DNA of 64,000 bases from Octopus vulgaris. Lineage: Eukaryota. The DNA lies in assembly GCA_951406725.2 (NCBI GenBank), contig OX597818.1, positions 19,282,001-19,346,000 on the forward strand, written 5' to 3'. Below are positions 1 through 12,179 of the stretch, one piece after another (within the stretch, counting starts at the first letter, position 1; the number at the start of each line of letters is the position of its first letter). Position numbers and translations under genes: made by a program. The notes under the pieces are model-generated. The model made no database searches. It was not told the DNA's origin and was given only the letters and a program-made list of their open reading frames with translations.

Positions 1-152
1 AGACATAATGCCACTGCAATCTTAAGACACGAGCATACTGGGCGGTGGTCCAAGACACTTACGGATTTTGGAATAAAGAATCACCAAGACACTTACGGAT
101 TTTGGGGAACTATGATAAGCTATATACTTTTGTGGTTTGCTTTCAATAAAAA

Positions 153-1408
153 TTAGGTCAACCCATAAAGAATGTGTTTTTTATACTTCTTTTATTTTTA
201 AAAATTAAGGTAAACAAAGTTCTTTATTAATCTAAAATATACTCTTCTTCATTTTCTACAACGTTCTTCCATCTATCTTGCTAACTTGCAAGGTCTCTCT
301 TCCAAAATTCACTTGTCCGTGACAAAAAATATTCCTCCAGTACTGTTCTGACCTCGTCTACAGAATTCATTTTTTTCCGTCCAAATGTTTGAAGACTGCT
401 GAATAAATAATAATCAGACGGGGCAGTGTCCAGCAAATATTGTGGATGGAACATCGTTTCCCATTCAAACTGCTCCAGCCTTTCGAATGTCATCCTCACT
501 GCATGTGGTTGAACATTATCCTGATGGAAGTACAGCTTTCGTATTGAAACCAAAGATGGTCGGTTTTCTTTTTAGCGCTGACTTAAGCCGCTCAAGCTGC
601 TCGCGGTAGATCTCCTTTGTTATCATTTAGTTTGGGTTTTAAAGTTCAAAGTGGACTATCCCACCAAACACATAACAACATCTTACATGGGTGAAGACCT
701 TCTTTAGCCTGGGGTGCCGGTGTTTCTCCTTTCCCTACCCACTGTCATCGGCGCTTAACGTTTTTATAGAGAACCCATCACTCGTCACCAGTCACTATTC
801 GGTCCAAAAAAGGTTCATTCGGGAGACGTAATAGCAAAGAAGAGCACAACATTCACTCTCTGCGATTAGACTCGGAAAGTTTGTGAATAACCCACTGATC
901 CAATTTGCTGACTTTTCCGATGGCATGCAGGTATGGATGAATGGTTGAATGACCAAATCCAAGCTTCTCTGCTTGGTCCTCAGCACTTACGATGGGATTT
1001 TGTTCCACCAGGCTTTGCAGGACATCCTCATCGAGTTCTACAGATCTTCCAGGACGAGGTTCGTTTTCTAGGCAGTAGTTTCCGGCTCAGAATTTCTGGA
1101 ACCACCATTGACACTGGCTTATGCTTATTGTCCCATCTTCATATACTGCATTAATATTCTTCGCACTTTCCGTTGCGTTGTTGCTTTTGTTGAACTCATA
1201 AAGCAAAATATGCCGAATATACCCTTTATCACTTCCATTATAGCTTTGAAAAAATAACTGCACCCTTCAGAACTGGCACTAAGAGTAAGTACAAGGTAAA
1301 ATTACTGCCTGCTTTTATAGCAAGTTGATGCAAGTATTTTATCCCGTTCCCCTCCGACTTTTAGTTCATGCAACTGAAAAAAATCGCATTATTTATGGTA
1401 TGACCTAA
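153..1408 (-). mobile_element. Decayed mariner DNA transposon (same family as 53324-54587)
   Basis: TIRs ttaggtcaacccataaagaatg / cattatttatggtatgacctaa followed by TA; transposase fragments FHQDNVQPH and HPQYLLDTAPSDYYLF (ORF 281-553); frameshifts and stops. Confidence 0.9.
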
Positions 1409-1510
1409 TATATACCATAAGCCCCAGAACATACATACATACATAGATACATACATACATAGATACATACATACATAGATACATACATACATACATAGAT
1501 ACATACATAC

Positions 1511-1541
<31 letters not shown>

Positions 1542-2453
1542 TGTATGTATGTGTGTCTTTATATATGCATGCTTACGTACACATACATACGTACATGCAT
1601 ACATACATACATACATACATACATACATACATACATACATACATACATACATACATACATGCATACATACATACATACATACATACATACATACATACAT
1701 ACATACATACATAATTTGCGAATTAATAGAGCTATTTAATTCGATAGCAATATCACACAAAGATGTCTCCTGGGAGTAAAGTATTTATATTCGTAAAGTC
1801 GGTTTTAATCATGGCGTATTCGACACGTGAAACTTATTTAATCTAATTCTTCCCATCGACCGTGATTTTGTTGACAATTCAAGATAAAGTTCACTTGTGG
1901 TGTAGCTCCAGGGTTAGTGTTTGATTTGAGTATAAGCCAAAGAAACTACAGCTTAAGGTCTCATAGTATGCAGATGATTCTAGATAACTAATACGCATAG
2001 ATGCTCTCCAGTTTATGTGAGACCCTCTGGGGGTAAATATCTTAATAAAAGGCATCAAATATATAGCTTAAGGCTTTATATAGTATAAATCCGGCATTGT
2101 CCAAGTCAATCCGAGTCGAGAGGTCCTTCGATCAAATGCATTCTCGCCGTGACCATACTGTCTGTTTAAGGGTATCTAATATGTGCCCAGATTAGATAAC
2201 TATGTTGTCTAATGTGTGTTTTCCTCTCTAAACAACGATTTGAGGAAAATGTAGCCACTGTTCCTGCTTCTAACAGGACAAGCGACTAGTTTGAGGGTAT
2301 TTTGTCTTGTTGGTTTGCGGAAGTGTCCAGGTGACAAAGTGGTAGCGCGCCTGGTTATACGAACAAGCACGCACAAACCCATACGCATGCGCGCACACAC
2401 ATGTACGTACGTATTTACACACACACACACACACACATATATATATGTATATA

Positions 2454-2662
2454 CTCTTTACTCTTTTACTTTTTATTTGTTTCAGTCATTTGACTGTGAC
2501 CATGCTGGAGCACCGCCTTTAGTCGAGTAAATCGATCCCAGGACTTAGTCTATCGGTCTCTTATGGCCGAACCGCTAAGTTACGGGGACGTAAACACACC
2601 AGCATCGGTTGCGAAGCGATGTTGGGGGAACAAAGGCAGACACACAAACACACACACACACA

Positions 2663-2749
<87 letters not shown>

Positions 2750-2919
2750 GCATATATACGACGGGCTTCTTTCAGTTTCCGTCTACCTAATCCACTCACA
2801 AGGCCCTGGTCGGCCCGAAGCTATAGTAGAAGACATTTGCCCAAGGTGCGACGCAGTGGGACTGAACACGGAACCATGTGGTTGGTAAGCAAGCTACTTA
2901 CCACACAGCCACTCCTACG

Positions 2920-2921
<2 letters not shown>
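2454..2921 (-). mobile_element. tRNA-derived SINE family A, full length with internal (CA)n
   Basis: Minus-strand head ggcgtaggagtggctgtgtggtaag (A/B-box-like), body shared with about 10 other copies in the window, (agtaaaag)n-like tail. Confidence 0.85.
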
Positions 2922-2965
<44 letters not shown>

Positions 2966-2971
<6 letters not shown>

Positions 2972-3761
2972 GGTTGTATACTGTCAATCTAACAAGAACG
3001 TGACAGTAGGGGGTACACCACCGTTATATAGCCCTAGGAGGCATCGAACGCCTCCTGACAGCTTCGACACATTTTATCCTGTGTCCTTATATACACATAC
3101 GAAGGGGAGACAAACACCCCCAACTGCCGGAACTGCATCTAGGGACACCGTGTTTCAGGATCATTGTCCTTCATCGGCCTAGAGTTGGGGGTGTTTGTCT
3201 CCCCTTCGTATGTGTATATAAGGACACAGGATAAAATGTGTCGAAGCTGTCAGGAGGCGTTCGATGCCTCCTAGGGCTATATAACGGTGGTGTACCCCCT
3301 ACTGTCACGTTCTTGTTAGATTGACAGTATACAACCATTATATCGCTCCACCACCGTACACCTCTCTACGAGAGATTTAGAAACTCAATATTACTTATTT
3401 TGATAATCAGTGAATAGACTTCACTGACTATAGATATATACAAATACGAAGTCGAGACAGATATCGCCAGCTGACCGGTGTCTGCTACTCTAGGCCGATG
3501 AAGGACAATGATCCTGAAACACGGTGTCCCTAGATGCAGTTCCGGCGGTTGGGGGTGTTTGTCTCCCCTTCGTATGTGTATATAAGGACACAGGATAAAA
3601 TGTGTCGAAGCTGTCAGGAGGCGTTCGATGCCTCCTAGGGCTATATAACGGTGGTGTACCCCCTACTGTCACGTTCTTGTTAGATTGACAGTATACAACC
3701 ATTATATCGCTCCACCACCGTACACCTCTCTACGAGAGATTTAGAAACTCAATATTTCTTA
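2966..3761 (+). mobile_element. Non-autonomous PLE/retrozyme-like element: inverted copy plus partial tandem of a 364-bp unit
   Basis: 2966-3184 is the near-perfect reverse complement of 3488-3706; 3184-3397 repeats directly at 3548-3761; contains HHR motifs; flanked by (TA)n. Confidence 0.75.
3489..3534 (+). ncRNA. Minimal type I hammerhead ribozyme motif (mirror copy 3138-3183, minus strand)
   Basis: tctagg-CCGATGA-agga caatga tcct-GAAA-C ACGGT GTC^cctaga; stems I, II and III pair; GUC triplet; core has C instead of U at position 4. Confidence 0.75.
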
Positions 3762-3780
3762 TATATATATATATATATAT

Positions 3781-3979
3781 AAAGTTAATCCAAACAAGAA
3801 AGCACAAAAAAACACAACAACGCGAGGACGTGGAACAAATATAGTATTATTGGACGCTCAGGAAAGAAGGAGAGCTTAACGTTTCGAGCGGAGCTCTTCG
3901 TCGGAAACATATGAGAAGGAAAGATCCAGAGAAGGGAAGACAGAGGAAAAAAAATCGCCAACGGTACACACCCGGTCAC
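3781..3979 (-). mobile_element. About 200-bp PLE-terminus element with HHR motif (3874-3908)
   Basis: Minus: gttt-CCGACGA-a-gagc tcc gctc-GAAACGTT^aagc; homologous to 12496-12699, 13912-14110 and 42876-43100; embedded in (TA)n. Confidence 0.75.
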
Positions 3980-3989
3980 ATATATGCAT

Positions 3990-4025
<36 letters not shown>

Positions 4026-4067
4026 CTATCTTTACATATATATGTATATATATATGTATGTATATAC

Positions 4068-4130
<63 letters not shown>

Positions 4131-4166
4131 CATATATATATTTACATATACATATATATATGTATG

Positions 4167-4220
<54 letters not shown>

Positions 4221-4302
4221 TATATTTACATATACATATATATACCGGTACTGAAAGATTCACTATAAAATTATCTTAGCATTTTCTATTTTTGACTTGT
4301 TT

Positions 4303-4411
<109 letters not shown>

Positions 4412-5347
4412 CATCTTACAGTATGGGAACATAGCAGAGTGTTTTAGAAATCCGCTTCTCAATCGTTTAGTTCCCGTTTCGATTTGCCTGCACAGCACCT
4501 TCAACGAAGATCGACATAATCCTAGCGTGTAAAATTGGAATTGACAGAAAATGTGCAGAATAGTATTATCTGTTATTCAAAAACCAAACCTCTGTCACGA
4601 ACTTTGCTAATCTGAACCGTCCTGGAAGTTACGTTAAGGGTACAAGTACCTGTGAAATATTTAGCTATTTGCATCATAATTCAATATGTATGTGGCAAAA
4701 AAAAAAAAATCCACTGATTTATTGTTTTGCAATTCTTAAGTCCGCCCATCGCCTTTCCATCCTTATTAGGCACCAATAAAATTAACACTAGTGTTATGCT
4801 GTCACTTAAATCGGTATGATTATAATTCATCTTTTACCCATGTGGCATTGTACAGGGCTGTCTTAGCAGTATTATAGGCCTCTAGGTCCATTCATGTTCT
4901 TGGGCTTATAGTATATATTTATTGACAGCAAGCCACGAAGTATATAGCTTAGCATTGGACCCCCAAACCCGTAATGCTTCTGGGCAACCGCCCAGTATGC
5001 CCGCGTCTTAAGTTCGCAGTAGCATTATGTCTTTTCATAGATGAGATATCAATTTAAATTCTGGTGAAAATTACTGTATTAATGATTAACGATTATATAT
5101 ATATAGATGAGTTTTAAAGAATTTTTTTCGCCATTAATTCCTTTCTGTGTTGTAGAACAAAAACAAAAAACCTAATTAGTAAATGTTTTGAAATTTTGGA
5201 TTCTTTCCCAAGGTTGGGTAGAAACAACTAGACTGTTAAGAATTCATAGTTACACCCACTTCATATTTGAATTTCTAAATAAAATCTGACGAAAAAAAAA
5301 ACAGATGGAGACGAGCGAAAGATGAAGCTTACATTCCTGTAAGCATT

Positions 5348-5386
<39 letters not shown>

Positions 5387-5608
5387 AAGAAAGAAAGAGA
5401 GAGACAGAGAGACAGATAGACAAAGACAGAGACAGACAGACAGAGACAGACAGAGACAGACAGACAGACAGAGACAGAGAGACAGACAGACAGACAGACA
5501 GGAAGAGTGACTGAGATAGAATAAAAAATAGAAGATGGGGATTAGTTAAGCGGTAATAATTACATTAGTCCAACACAATACCACGCATTAAATTTATTTC
5601 TAAATCAA

Positions 5609-5805
5609 CGAGCTAGCAGAATCGTTAGCACGCTGGGCAAAACGCTTAGCGGCATTTCGTTTCCCTTTACGTTTTGAATTAAAATTCCGCCTTCTCCCTT
5701 CGTCCTTTCGGAATCGATAAAATAAGTGCCTGTTGAACATGATCGATGTAATCGACTAGATCCTTCCCCAGAAATTTCAAGCTCTATGTCTACAGCAGAA
5801 AGAAT
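5609..5805 (+). mobile_element. SINE family B, decayed
   Basis: cgagctagcagaatcgttagcacgc...gcttagcggcatttcg...cctttcggaatcgataaaataagt matches copies at 18951, 35940, 36730, 55468 and 58860. Confidence 0.75.
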
Positions 5806-6594
5806 TATTAAAGTTATATTCTATGCAACATTACATATTAGTTCCTAACTCAACATCATGCATCAATATCATGTCTTCGTAACATCATATATTACTGGTC
5901 AACACAACACCACACATTAATGTTATGTCTATCTGTAACATGATACATTACTTCCGTAGTTTGACTGCAAACCGATTCAGCGACGCAGGTTCGATAAGTC
6001 ATCCTATTTGCCCTAATCTTTATAGCTGCAATTTTTGCTCGAAGTCAACATCCTGATCCTAGTGGATCAGATGAACTTTGCTGTTTGTCACACAACAGAA
6101 AAAGGGAATTTTCTGTGATGATCCAACGACCTATTTAAATTTATGATACCGTTTTAATGTCAAAGAACCGCTATCTAACGAGAGGATAAGGTGCCAATAT
6201 AAATTTGTCGGACAAAAGACCACTGGTTCGAGTCCTATTGCCAATACTACCACATATTTGGGGGTAAGACATTTGATTCTCAACAACTCGGTCTACTTAG
6301 CTGCAAATAGGTATTACAAGAATGTAAAAACTCAAAATTAGTCAAAACTTCCAAATATGTGATCTGGTGTAAATTTAGCAGTTAGTATTCGAGAAAATAT
6401 ATGTAGAACATGTGTGAAGCATTTGTGAGAAGGTGCATGGCCTAGTACTTAGCGTGTAGGACTCACGATTGTTAGACCATCGGTTCGAATTTTGCAGCGC
6501 GGGCCCCAAATATGTCCCTGAACGAGACATTAATTTCACTTTGCTCCCGCTGACAATGAATAATTCCGGTGGAGAGGGTTGGTCACCCTTTGAC

Positions 6595-7178
6595 GTACTG
6601 ACGTCCTGGACGCGAAATTTTTTTCCCACGAAAATTCCGGACCCAAGTTATGAACTCATTTGCATACAGCCAATCAGAGTTCAACTATCAAACTGATTTA
6701 TGAGCGCATAGCAAGTGATGGGTGATAAGATAAAGTCATTTGGGTAAGGAAAGACCATGCTTCTCTTCTCTTTTAATAATGCTTGTTGTTCTTGTTTCAC
6801 CCATGGCTGCCTCTGTGTAGTTATTTGTGTTGTTATTTACTTTGTGAAACGGTAAGGGGAGAGGGTTGCTATCACATCACCCTCTACCCGCATTTTTCCC
6901 ATCCACATCTTTACCATATGGGGCCCTAACAAAATCCGATAATAGGTATAGGTGCAAATCTATCTAATTACTTGTCTCCTTCTAAAATCAAGCATAACTT
7001 GGCGATCGGTCAACTTACAAAAACATTCTTTGTCTTGAGTTTATTTGTTAGAGTGTTTGTTAACTTGACAACAAGGTCAAGGTGAACTCTGATTGGCTGT
7101 ATGCAAATGAGTTCAATACCGGGGTCGGGAACACTTCTGGGAAAAAATTTCGCGTCCCAGACAGGACGCAGTTTTGTA
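6595..7178. mobile_element. MITE-like element with long inverted repeats
   Basis: Perfect 33-bp inverted repeat 6651-6683 / 7083-7115; ggacgcgaaatttttt at 6608 mirrored at 7142-7157. Confidence 0.55.
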
Positions 7179-8344
7179 CTCTCAGCGTAAACACCTTAAA
7201 AAATTCAGATAAACCTCGGTAACGGGTTGTTCATATGGAGTTTATCTGCTAGAGCAGCAAATGAAGGAATTACTTCTCTAGAGGAATATATTTGCAAAAT
7301 GCTCCAAGTTAATTTTGTTAGCAGCATGTCTTCATTGTCAGGCAGTTTCTGCATATAGATTAATACGATGCTTTTCATTGATGGGAACTGTGGGAACTAA
7401 AGGGGATATGATAAATTGCTGTTTAATAAAATTAAAATATTTTAATGTTTAAAAACTTGCCCAGCTCTATTTTTTTTCTTTATATAATATATCATTGATC
7501 ATTGATAAGGAGTTAGCGAATCCAGTACCAAAGATTAAAATTACGGCTTCACACCAATTATTATTGGAATAACAGGATATGTACTAACTCACCAGGAGCA
7601 AAGAATGGCTGAATTTGTGGAGTGAGGCAATAAAAATCCACGATAGCTGGGACAATAAAAATCTGCAAGACCTTCTTAAGATTTTAAGAATAATGAACAA
7701 AATAGGACGCTTTCTTTCACAACCTTGCTACCATGCAGGTACCTGTTCTAAATTAACTTTAAATTAAAAAGAAAAGAAATCATATATACGTACATGCGTA
7801 CGTACATAGATGTCCACTTTCTGTGTTGCATATTCATGTATTCTTCGTTTTTTTTTTGTTCACTTTCTGTCATATTTATTCCCTTGTTCGTTGGCTCGCC
7901 ATTTCCCGGCGGCTTCTAGCTGCTGGCGTCACAAGAAGGGGAATGATATTATTGTTGTTAAAGGCGCGAAATTGCGTTTGACCCTCTGACCCTCTGGCCG
8001 ATAAATGATGAAGATTTGGTGACCTTCTGTGTCTGTTTCCGTTTGTTTGTGCATTTATTTCTAATTTTTAAACTTACAATAGTCTAGTCTGGTAAATTTG
8101 TCAGTACCCAATTACGAAAGAACTAAATATTAAGCACAAAGTATGAAATAAATTGATTTATTCGTGTTCTTAAAATATGGCCGCCATTGTTTCATTGAAG
8201 TGAATATTCGCCAAGCATCATCAGAGAAGTTAAATTTCTGACTCCAAAATAGAACTTCTCTGATGATGCTTAATAAACAGCCGCTTTGCTGAAAGGTATG
8301 TGGCCATACAAACATATAGACACATACAAACTCACTTTCTCCCC

Positions 8345-8387
<43 letters not shown>

Positions 8388-8710
8388 CTCACGCACGAAC
8401 AGACGCATATGTAGCTAGACTTTAGTAAAACAACTGTCACTTTTGTTTCCAGAGAAAGATACCGACCGACAATAATAAATTAATAGAATTTTTCACCGAC
8501 ACCATGACTGAGAAAGAAAAAAATTACGTCGCTGCAAGCTCTATTTTTAACTTCTTAATGAAGTGTACGTGTATGTGTGTGTATGTACATACATACATAT
8601 ATACACACGCACATATATATGCATGCACACGCACACATACATACGCACGCACACACACATGCACATATACATACCCACACATATATATGTACTTGTATAT
8701 TTATATATTT

Positions 8711-9029
8711 GTAAATAATAATAATAATATTTTATAAGCTTAACGCTTATGAGCGATCACCGTATATTGACTAAGAAAATAGTCTAATATTGGGGCATAT
8801 AAACCCTCGATGGAAAAAAGTAGGGCTGTCTGTAAGTGTGGGACTCGAACTCACACCTCTATGTTGTCGCGAAAACATAGAGGTATGGGTTCGAGTCCCA
8901 CACGTACGGACAGCCTTTCTTTTTTTCCGTCGAGGGCTTATATGCCCCAATATTAGACTATTTACCTTAGTCAATGACGGTGATCGCTTATAAGATTTAA
9001 CCTTATAAAATATTGTTATTTTCATTTAC
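8711..9029. repeat. About 320-bp imperfect palindrome (foldback element)
   Basis: Arms of about 150 bp pair around a centre near 8868; right arm carries gggttcgagtccc (tRNA T-loop/B-box-like), left arm a mismatched mirror. Confidence 0.8.
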
Positions 9030-9072
9030 GGATTTGTAAAATCGACACCACTCATCAAAAATCATCGCGCAT

Positions 9073-9216
<144 letters not shown>

Positions 9217-9627
9217 GGATGGATGGATGGATGCCACAGTACCTCCCACAGCTAGACAATATCTAGTGTTATCTAAGCATAATAAAATTATCTAAGAAGA
9301 AAAACAGGCACTATCAATGTAAATCTCAACAAACTATGAGTCCACAAACACTTTTCACTTTACTAGAATGAAGACAACTCGGAATAACTAAACTAATATG
9401 TAAAATTCACAGACAAGCGTAACAAATATGTTTTCCCATCTTCAGCTACCAAACGGATATCATTATGCTTTCGATACCTGGACAGTCCCATTCAATCCGG
9501 TGGTGTCAACAGCGCTAAAATCATAAGCACTGCCTGGGAATCAATAGTGAACAACAAGAGCGAATCATCACCATAGTGTGTCCATTACGCCAACACTTGA
9601 TTATCACTATAAATAACAACACCAAGT

Positions 9628-9925
9628 GGAGGCACATGGCCTAGTGGTTAGAGCAGCGGACTCGCGGTCATGGGATCGCGGGTTCGGATCTCAGACCGGG
9701 CGATGTGTGTGTTCATGAGCGAAACACCTAAGCTTCACGCGGCTCCGGCAGAAGGTAATGGCGAACTTCTGCTGATTCTTTCGCTACAACTTTCACTCTT
9801 TCCTCCTGCACCTTGCAGCTCACTTGCGACGGACCGGAGTCCCGTCCAGGTGGGGAACCTATACGCCAAGGAAACCAGGAAACCGGCCCTATGAGCCAGG
9901 CATGGCTTGAGAAGGAACAAACAAC
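9628..9925 (+). mobile_element. tRNA-derived SINE (head shared with 20786 copy, different body)
   Basis: ggaggcacatggcctagtggttagagcagcggactcgcgg...gggttcggatc head; (aac)n tail; probable TSD aacaacaccaa(a)gt. Confidence 0.8.
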
Positions 9926-9956
9926 AACACCAAAGTAAACAATTAGTATTAACAAA

Positions 9957-10437
9957 GTAAGTTAAGTTAAGTTAAGTTAATTTTTTGGCTCAAAAAGCAA
10001 AACGCAAGGCCATGTAGGGGGACATGGAGCTATGTACAGGGTGGTGTAAAGAGTTCAGGCCATTTGTGGTCAAGAGAGACTTTGAACCGAGCGGTCGTCA
10101 GCATCTTCACTATCTCGTCCGGCAGCTTATTCCACGGATCCGCAACCCGGACGGAGAAGCCCCTCTCCTTCGATTGAGATGAAATCGTCGCAGATAGAGC
10201 TTTTCAGAATGACCCCGCAGCCGGCGCTCTGGAGCAGGAGTGAAGAACAGCTCTTTCGAGAGGTTACACTTTCCGCTTATGATGTTGTGAGCAAGAATGA
10301 GATCTCCACGGCATCGTCGTTTTTCTAGAGAATAAAGGTCGAGCGTCTTCAGCCTTTCTTCATAAGACAAATGCTTGAGACCAAGAACCATGAGGGTAGC
10401 CAGCTTCTGGACTCTTTCGAGATGCTGTATGTCTTCG
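9957..10437 (-). mobile_element. CR1-clade LINE, 3' fragment
   Basis: ORF2 C-terminus GLKHLSYEERLKTLDLYSLEKRRCRGDLI...RGHSEKL, then WNKLP after a frameshift; (TTAAC)n tail at about 9957-9980. Confidence 0.88.
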
Positions 10438-10907
10438 AGGAGTAGTATCTATACAAGAAAGAAATTACTCTCAAAACAAATGAATCATTTTGATCTTACC
10501 GTTATAATACAAATGAATGAGCGAACGCTATTCAATCACCGATATTCGACACAACACCAACCCAAGGACCAGCAAACCAAGTACTTAAAACATATAGTCA
10601 ATACAATGAACATACACTACTAGATACGTTGGTTTTTTAATCTATATCACACCACAAAACATGATACCACACCAATAACAAGCCTAGTAAAAACTAGTGG
10701 AATAGTATATCTTTAAAACGGCAACCACTTTTACAGTAGCAAGATCACCATCCCATTACATCTACACATTCAAAGCAGTTTGCCAACAGTCCTTCAGCAA
10801 CAACACACCCTGATAAATTCAGTGACTACTACTAAATTCAGGTCACGGCTGACAGAGAGGACGTTCTTGAAGTCGAGAATTTGAACTTACAGAGACTATA
10901 TTTACAT

Positions 10908-11013
10908 ATCGCCTGAAGAAACACAACTAGATCTCATAATGCAGGGTTAAGGTTGCAAATTCATGTACCTAAACGCCTGGAGAAGTACGTTGCGTGGAAA
11001 CAATTGTAGTGAT
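10908..11013 (+). ncRNA. Type I hammerhead motif with extended stem II
   Basis: atcgc-CTGAAGA-aacacaac[~60 nt]gttgcgtg-GAAA-CAATTG-TA^gtgat; palindromic stem III ACAATTGT; GUA triplet. Confidence 0.65.
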
Positions 11014-11070
11014 TAAAAAATAAATGTCAACCATACTCCCAGTTAACTCCAATTACGCATATATTATGTG

Positions 11071-11147
<77 letters not shown>

Positions 11148-11152
<5 letters not shown>

Positions 11153-11320
11153 TAAAAACGGTAAGATAACAAAAGAAAGAAAGAGACCTCAATATTATGT
11201 AAATAGAGGAAATTTATCTGTAAAATAATATGTGACAATTATTCGGTAGCCAAGATAAAACTCTGAATTTCGGATGCCGAGGTGGAAATCCACAACACCG
11301 TCTCTTCGGTTATCTGGCCA
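11148..11320 (-). mobile_element. PLE-terminus element with HHR motif (11250-11318); 3'-end homolog at about 19215-19303 (+)
   Basis: Minus: ccagataa-CCGAAGA-...ggtgttg...cggcatcc-GAAA-TTCAGAG-TT^ttatcttgg; ends in (TA)n. Confidence 0.6.
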
Positions 11321-11387
11321 TATACACATACATACATACATACATACATACATACATACATACATACATACATACATGCATACATAT

Positions 11388-11799
11388 ATTATTTGCTTCA
11401 GTCATTAGAATGCGGCCATGCTGGGGTACCGCCTTGAAGAACTTTTAGTCAATGAATCGACTCCAATACTTTTTTTTTAGCCTGGTACTTATTCTGTCGT
11501 TCTCTTTTGCCGAACTGTTAAGTTATAGGGACGTCAACACACCAACACCGATTATCAAGCAGTGGTGGGTGACAAACAGGCGCAAAGATACACACACACA
11601 CACACACACACATCCAAAACACACTCACTGACATATACGACGAGCTTCTTTCAGTTTTTGTCTGCCAAATCCACTCACAGGGCATTTATCGGCCCGCTGC
11701 TATAGTAAAAGACACTTGCCCAAGGTGCCACGCAGTGGGACTGAACCCCGAACCATGTACCCGACCAAAGCCTTGTGAGCGGATTTGGTAAACAGAAAC

Positions 11800-11802
<3 letters not shown>
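11388..11802 (-). mobile_element. SINE family A, 5'-truncated, with a short inverted piece (11762-11802)
   Basis: Homology to family A body and head; ccgaccaaagccttgtgagcggatttgg present in the opposite orientation at the junction. Confidence 0.8.
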
Positions 11803-11866
<64 letters not shown>

Positions 11867-11985
11867 GAAACCGTGTTTCTGACGTGAATTTGCTACCCAG
11901 GTTTCGGTTAAACGAATTTTCCATGCTGACGATAAACATAGGATAATTCATTCACCTACTTATATATATATATATATATATATAT

Positions 11986-12179
11986 GTAGGTCCCGGGTTG
12001 ATTCGGGGTTAACCACAGTAAATAAGGTACTCAATACATAGCAGAGTAAAATTAATTTATTATATAGAAGGAGCTTCTACAGGACTAGAACTGTTTCATT
12101 CAAGAGAAATCATCAGGAAGCTTCCTGATGATTTCTCTTGAATGAAACAGTTCTAGTCCTGTAGAAGCTCCTTCTATAT

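Larger units (their letters stand above)
9250..11060 (+). mobile_element. Highly decayed Penelope-like retroelement interrupted by a SINE and a CR1 fragment
   Basis: Faint VPFNPVVS (RT N-terminus-like, about 9484) and SGIVY (GIY-YIG-like, about 10696) remnants; HHR motif at 10908-11013 followed by AATAAA and (TA)n. Confidence 0.4.

Noticed and set aside
2970-3702. Two identical 70-aa ORFs on opposite strands
   Set aside because: Consequence of the inverted duplication; no recognisable protein
6062-6125. Hairpin with ATGA and GTGATGA motifs (SECIS or C/D snoRNA candidate)
   Set aside because: No apical AA for a SECIS; C and D boxes not in proper order or spacing
9628-9705. tRNA gene (also at 20786 and 30205-30278)
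   Set aside because: No complete cloverleaf; continues into a SINE body and tail
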